Assembly (NCBI GenBank): GCA_029933275.1 | Contig: JAOZOM010000001.1 | Coordinates: 1-53,082 of the forward strand | Direction of reading: 5' to 3' | DNA length: 53,082 nucleotides | DNA from: Anaerolineales bacterium | Lineage (GTDB): Bacteria > Chloroflexota > Anaerolineae > Anaerolineales > Villigracilaceae | In this document: piece after piece, positions 53,000 through 53,082 of the stretch | How positions within the stretch are numbered: the first letter of the stretch is position 1 | Layout: each line of letters opens with the position of its first letter | Made by a program: the position numbers and the translations under genes | The notes under the pieces: model-generated | Told to the model about the DNA's origin: nothing | What the model saw: the letters and a program-made list of their open reading frames with translations, nothing else | Database searches by the model: none

Positions 53000-53082
53000 T
53001 TATTCTTCTTCAGGGGCTTCGCTCACGATATAAAGCGGACGCCCCTTTGCTTCATCATAAAGGCGACCAATATACTCACCCA
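53000..53082 (-). CDS. 3' end of a family-2 glycosyltransferase (polyprenol-phosphate glycosyltransferase type); the 5' part lies outside the window
   Basis: The minus strand reads ...GEYIGRLYDEAKGRPLYIVSEAPEEE and stops at 53002-53000. The YIGR.Y.E.K.RP.YIV tail is characteristic of DPM1/GtrB/ArnC-like GT2 enzymes. Confidence 0.55.
   Translation of the reverse strand, partial: GEYIGRLYDEAKGRPLYIVSEAPEEE

Noticed and set aside
1-53082. Mobile elements, prophage, defence islands, and tRNA or rRNA genes.
   Set aside because: No integrase, transposase, recombinase, capsid, terminase, restriction or Cas-like motifs were seen in any frame. No intergenic stretch showed tRNA-like T-arm or acceptor features. 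Elements A and B are the only MITE-like candidates and are reported separately.

Overview
This 53-kb window looks like it comes from a monoderm, Chloroflexota/Anaerolineae-like bacterium. That taxonomic call is inference only, based on TrmFO, separate SecD/SecF, very GAF-rich signalling proteins and WxL-like surface proteins. I saw no rRNA, tRNA, CRISPR, transposase, integrase or phage genes.

The first ~28 kb (322-28535, all + strand, intergenic gaps -35 to +72 nt) is a 15-gene signalling supercluster. It holds:
- two stand-alone CheY-like receivers;
- eight tandem paralogous membrane sensors (S1-S8). Each has a different membrane or ecto input domain, then +/-HAMP, an S-helix with the ERT motif, one shared GAF subtype and a conserved 'broken GAF' tail. 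None has a recognisable output domain;
- an orphan solute-binding lipoprotein embedded in the array;
- an orphan ParA/MinD-type ATPase;
- one ~1,667-aa hybrid histidine kinase (GAF/PAS-rich, two C-terminal receivers) that begins with a basic tail plus the same tail module as the sensors;
- a threonine-synthase-like PLP enzyme fused to a receiver domain;
- an EamA/DMT exporter.

I consider this cluster the best candidate for an undescribed system. The hypothesis is a multi-input sensor array that funnels into one kinase, may be positioned by a ParA-like ATPase, and has a metabolic/export output.

Convergent to it is a conventional-looking three-gene two-component operon on the minus strand. The rest is mostly housekeeping: trmFO, M28 peptidase, orphan kinase + hflX, pepF, PLD-like protein, fabD, rpmF, a PP2C-like phosphatase, secDF, a GH114-like lipoprotein, a MATE pump and the 3' end of a GT2 gene. 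Within it sit a WxL/DUF916-like cell-surface gene trio and two related intergenic palindromic elements built from pentamers phased every 9 nt.

All domain calls come from motif reading by eye. No database search was run.
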